DNA of 63,234 nt, filler included, from Octopus bimaculoides (Eukaryota), in assembly GCF_001194135.2 (NCBI RefSeq). It is 5 parts of 5 records of this genome, joined end to end, with 100 filler letters (N's around TTAATTAATTAA, not from the genome) between each part and the next. Parts side by side here need not be neighbours in the genome. Positions count along the whole stretch, not along the records: positions 58,071 to 63,234 come from NC_068991.1; 4 more parts are not named here. One strand, 5' to 3'. Every line of letters begins with the position of its first letter. Within the stretch, counting starts at the first letter, position 1. Of the stretch, positions 60,700 to 63,234 are shown piece by piece. The position numbers and the translations under genes were made by a program. Below the pieces are notes generated by a model. It worked only from the letters and a program-made list of their open reading frames with translations. It made no database searches and had not been told where the DNA came from.

Positions 60700-61330
60700 A
60701 ATTTACGTATTCGGTTTTGTACACGAATTTGAGGAATAGTCTCAACACTCATCAGAAAGGTTCATAGGTAAAAGAACTGCACAATCTTCTTATCACTGGA
60801 AATCAAAAAGTTTCACGTATGGTTTGCAAGTCTTATAAAAAAAAAAAACTGGAACGAAAGAGAACAAGAACCAATAGGGAAACCACAGAGGTAACTTTTA
60901 TTCGTTAGTGTTATGTCCTTTATATAGAAATCAGAAAGTGTCACCACGAGGTATAAGGTAAATGCTTGTAGAGTAGGCGTTGGGCTGGAGTGGAGGCGGG
61001 ATGAAACTGGTGTGCACGGTAGTGGGGCGTGGTCGGTAAGTGAGCATGAAGGGAGAGTCAACTTTAAAATCATATTCGGACGCGGATGTGTTTGAATGCG
61101 TGTTTTTTGTATATAATATAGCTGGGTGTGGCAAACTTTATGCCAAAGCCTCAATTGCGGTCGGGAAATTCCAATGGTGGTAGCTCTAACGTTTATGTTT
61201 ATAGAGCAGCCCACTAGTATCCAACGACATATCTGCGTTCATGAGGAAAGGATAGGAAAATCTCACTCTGCACGCATTTACCCCTTGGACTGCGGTGGCA
61301 CTTTCTGATCCCAATTCAAGAGACTTAACT
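60700..61330 (-). mobile_element. Possible second Naiad-like 3' end and pseudo-LTR with a decayed hammerhead
   Basis: Minus strand: weak GSxKC...HKxK-like terminus, TATATAAA at about 60920, CTGATGA-GTG...TAC-AAAAC at 60714-60755. Confidence 0.35.
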
Positions 61331-62215
61331 CTAACACACAAAAGTTTCCTCTCCGTGTATTCTCCATGCTTTTTTTTTTCCATTCCTTTATTTATTTATT
61401 TATTTGTTTGTTTGTTTATGTGATCTGCAAACTGGTTGTGACTTTCTGATCTTCTGCGGTAAAGAAATCTTTCAGTACTTTAATCTACTGACTCTTCTAA
61501 TGGGTGCCGAGAGCGGTTTTCTCAAACTCATTTACAAAACCGATTATATAAAATGCGTTGAAATAGGCCTACAATATCGTATGGCAACCTTTTGTCTTTT
61601 ACTTGTTTCAGTCATCGGGTCGCGACCATGCTGGGGCACCGCCTTGAAGGGTTTTGTCGAAGAAATTGATTTCAGTACTTATTGAGTTTACTACTTAGTA
61701 TATCGGTTTCCTTTTGCAGAACCGTTAATGTAGTGTGTGTGTGNNNNNNNNNNNNNNNNNNNNNNNNNNNNNNNNNNNNNNNNNNNNNNNNNNNNNNNNN
61801 NNNNNNNNNNNNNNNNNNNNNNNNNNNNNNNNNNNNNNNNNNNNNNNNNNNNNNNNNNNNNNNNNNNNNNNNNNNNNNNNNNNNNNNNNNNNNNNNNNNN
61901 NNNNNNNNNNNNNNNNNNNNNNNNNNNNNNNNNNNNNNNNNNNNNNNNNNNNNNNNNNNNNNNNNNNNNNNNNNNNNNNNNNNNNNNNNNNNNNNNNNNN
62001 NNNNNNNNNNNNNNNNNNNNNNNNNNNNNNNNNNNNNNNNNNNNNNNNNNNNNNNNNNNNNNNNNNNNNNNNNNNNNNNNNNNNNNNNNNNNNNNNNNNN
62101 NNNNNNNNNNNNNNNNNNNNNNNNNNNNNNNNNNNNNNNNNNNNNNNNNNNNNNNNNNNNNNNNNNNNNNNNNNNNNNNNNNNNNNNNNNNNNNTATATA
62201 TATACAGGGTGCGTA

Positions 62216-62490
62216 AGGTATTTGAGGAATACCTTTTGGGGGTCATTGCTGCATTTTTTGCAAACTCTGTATAATCTTTGTTTCAGAAAATAATAATGGC
62301 AGACCCTCAGCTTACTTAAGAAATGAAGAGGCATGCTATTATTGTGGTTATAAAAGCTGAGCATAGCGATTTAGAAATATCTCGATTTTTAAAAGTTGCC
62401 AGATCTTTCGTCTACAAAGTTTGTAAGGAGCTAGAGACTGAAGAGGGAAACGTATCACCAGTAACAAAGCATAAAAAACATTCTAAAAAC
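62216..62490 (+). mobile_element. Tc1-like element 5' end (TIR plus transposase N-terminus)
   Basis: TA|CAGGGTG start; MKRHAIIVVIKAEHSDLEISRFLKVARSFVYKVCKELE is an HTH-like N-terminus. Confidence 0.75.
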
Positions 62491-62494
62491 ATCG

Positions 62495-62830
62495 CTCGAG
62501 CTTCTAGAATGTTCGAGATTGTTCTGGAAGCTACCGGTTTTACGTGGAAGTCGGGGACTTCCGATCCATCCCTATATAAAGCAAAGAAATTCTAAATTCG
62601 CGCCATTCAGTACCTGTTGGTTCTTCAACAGGTACTGGATCGAGCCGCCTCACTTTCACGTCCACTCGCGCACTCGTTCTCCTTTCTTACTTGGATACAT
62701 GTGACTGCAAACAGAACATATTCATGGAATATTATAAGCTTCCTTCTATTAACCTTGTATGTGAACGCATTACCTCCAGTAATAAAAGTTGTGACTTATT
62801 ACAAGTGTCTCGTGAATTCTATCCTCTTGT
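62495..62830 (+). mobile_element. LTR-like or pseudo-LTR-like segment with TATA, Inr and polyA signal
   Basis: TTCTAGAA motifs, TATATAAA at 62573-62580, TCAGT at 62607-62611, AATAAA at 62781-62786; no TG...CA ends or TSD identified. Confidence 0.45.
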
Positions 62831-63234
62831 TATGAGCAAATGCAGTGACTTCTTTCCTTTTCATACTGACTAAATTATAGTGTGTCATTAAGCCAACGTT
62901 ACCACCAAAAATGGTAAACCCCGACATCACTATAGTGTTTAGGGTTAGAGTTAGAGTTGTGTTACGCTGAAAACGCGCGGTGTACGTATTCTTTACTTCC
63001 GCCAAGTATATATATATTAGCATTTTTTAAACAGACAATATTTTGGGGTTTTTTAAAAATTATTTTCAAGTGAATACCATTACAATTTTTTTTCTTTTTT
63101 TGGTATAAATATTTCGTAAAAGACCCATTCGTAACCTCGGTGTGAAATAATTTTTTTCCATAGGTTTTTTTCGGGTAGATTCAACGTATCTCACTTCCAA
63201 AGATTTGGCTGCTATTTCTTGCACGCCCTACTAT

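Noticed and set aside
1-63234. CRISPR arrays, rRNA, genuine tRNA genes, operon-like systems
   Set aside because: None seen; the tRNA-like segments are SINE heads and the regular repeats are micro- or minisatellites.

Overview
AT-rich, repeat-dense eukaryotic DNA with about 20 assembly gaps. The SINE families, the microsatellite load and the transposon mix look like a coleoid cephalopod (Octopus-like) genome; this is inferred from recalled repeat families and not proven. I found no intact host gene, and nearly all listed ORFs are microsatellite, gap or antisense-transposon artefacts. The window is a graveyard of degenerate mobile elements: several Penelope-like (PLE) fragments of at least two GIY-YIG types, a near-complete HERO-like RLE retrotransposon, R4-like and RTE fragments, several Tc1/mariner relics, a Chapaev3/CMC-like and an Academ-like transposase relic, MITEs and many tRNA-derived SINEs. 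The main signal not explained by the ORF track is a set of minimal type I hammerhead-ribozyme motifs (6403-6437, 20042-20103, 23194-23268, 38047-38101, plus decayed copies). Most have a short (near-)palindromic stem III of the dimer-dependent type, and one sits in the tail of a tRNA-headed SINE (35200-35469). Also notable: three 170-280 bp fold-back palindromes, head-to-tail SINE multimers, a 20-bp higher-order TTAGGG/TTTTAGGG array, a compact TATA-Inr-hairpin-polyA unit, and one speculative micro-exon encoding a CtBP-type PVDLT motif. All folds and translations were done by eye, and element boundaries are approximate.
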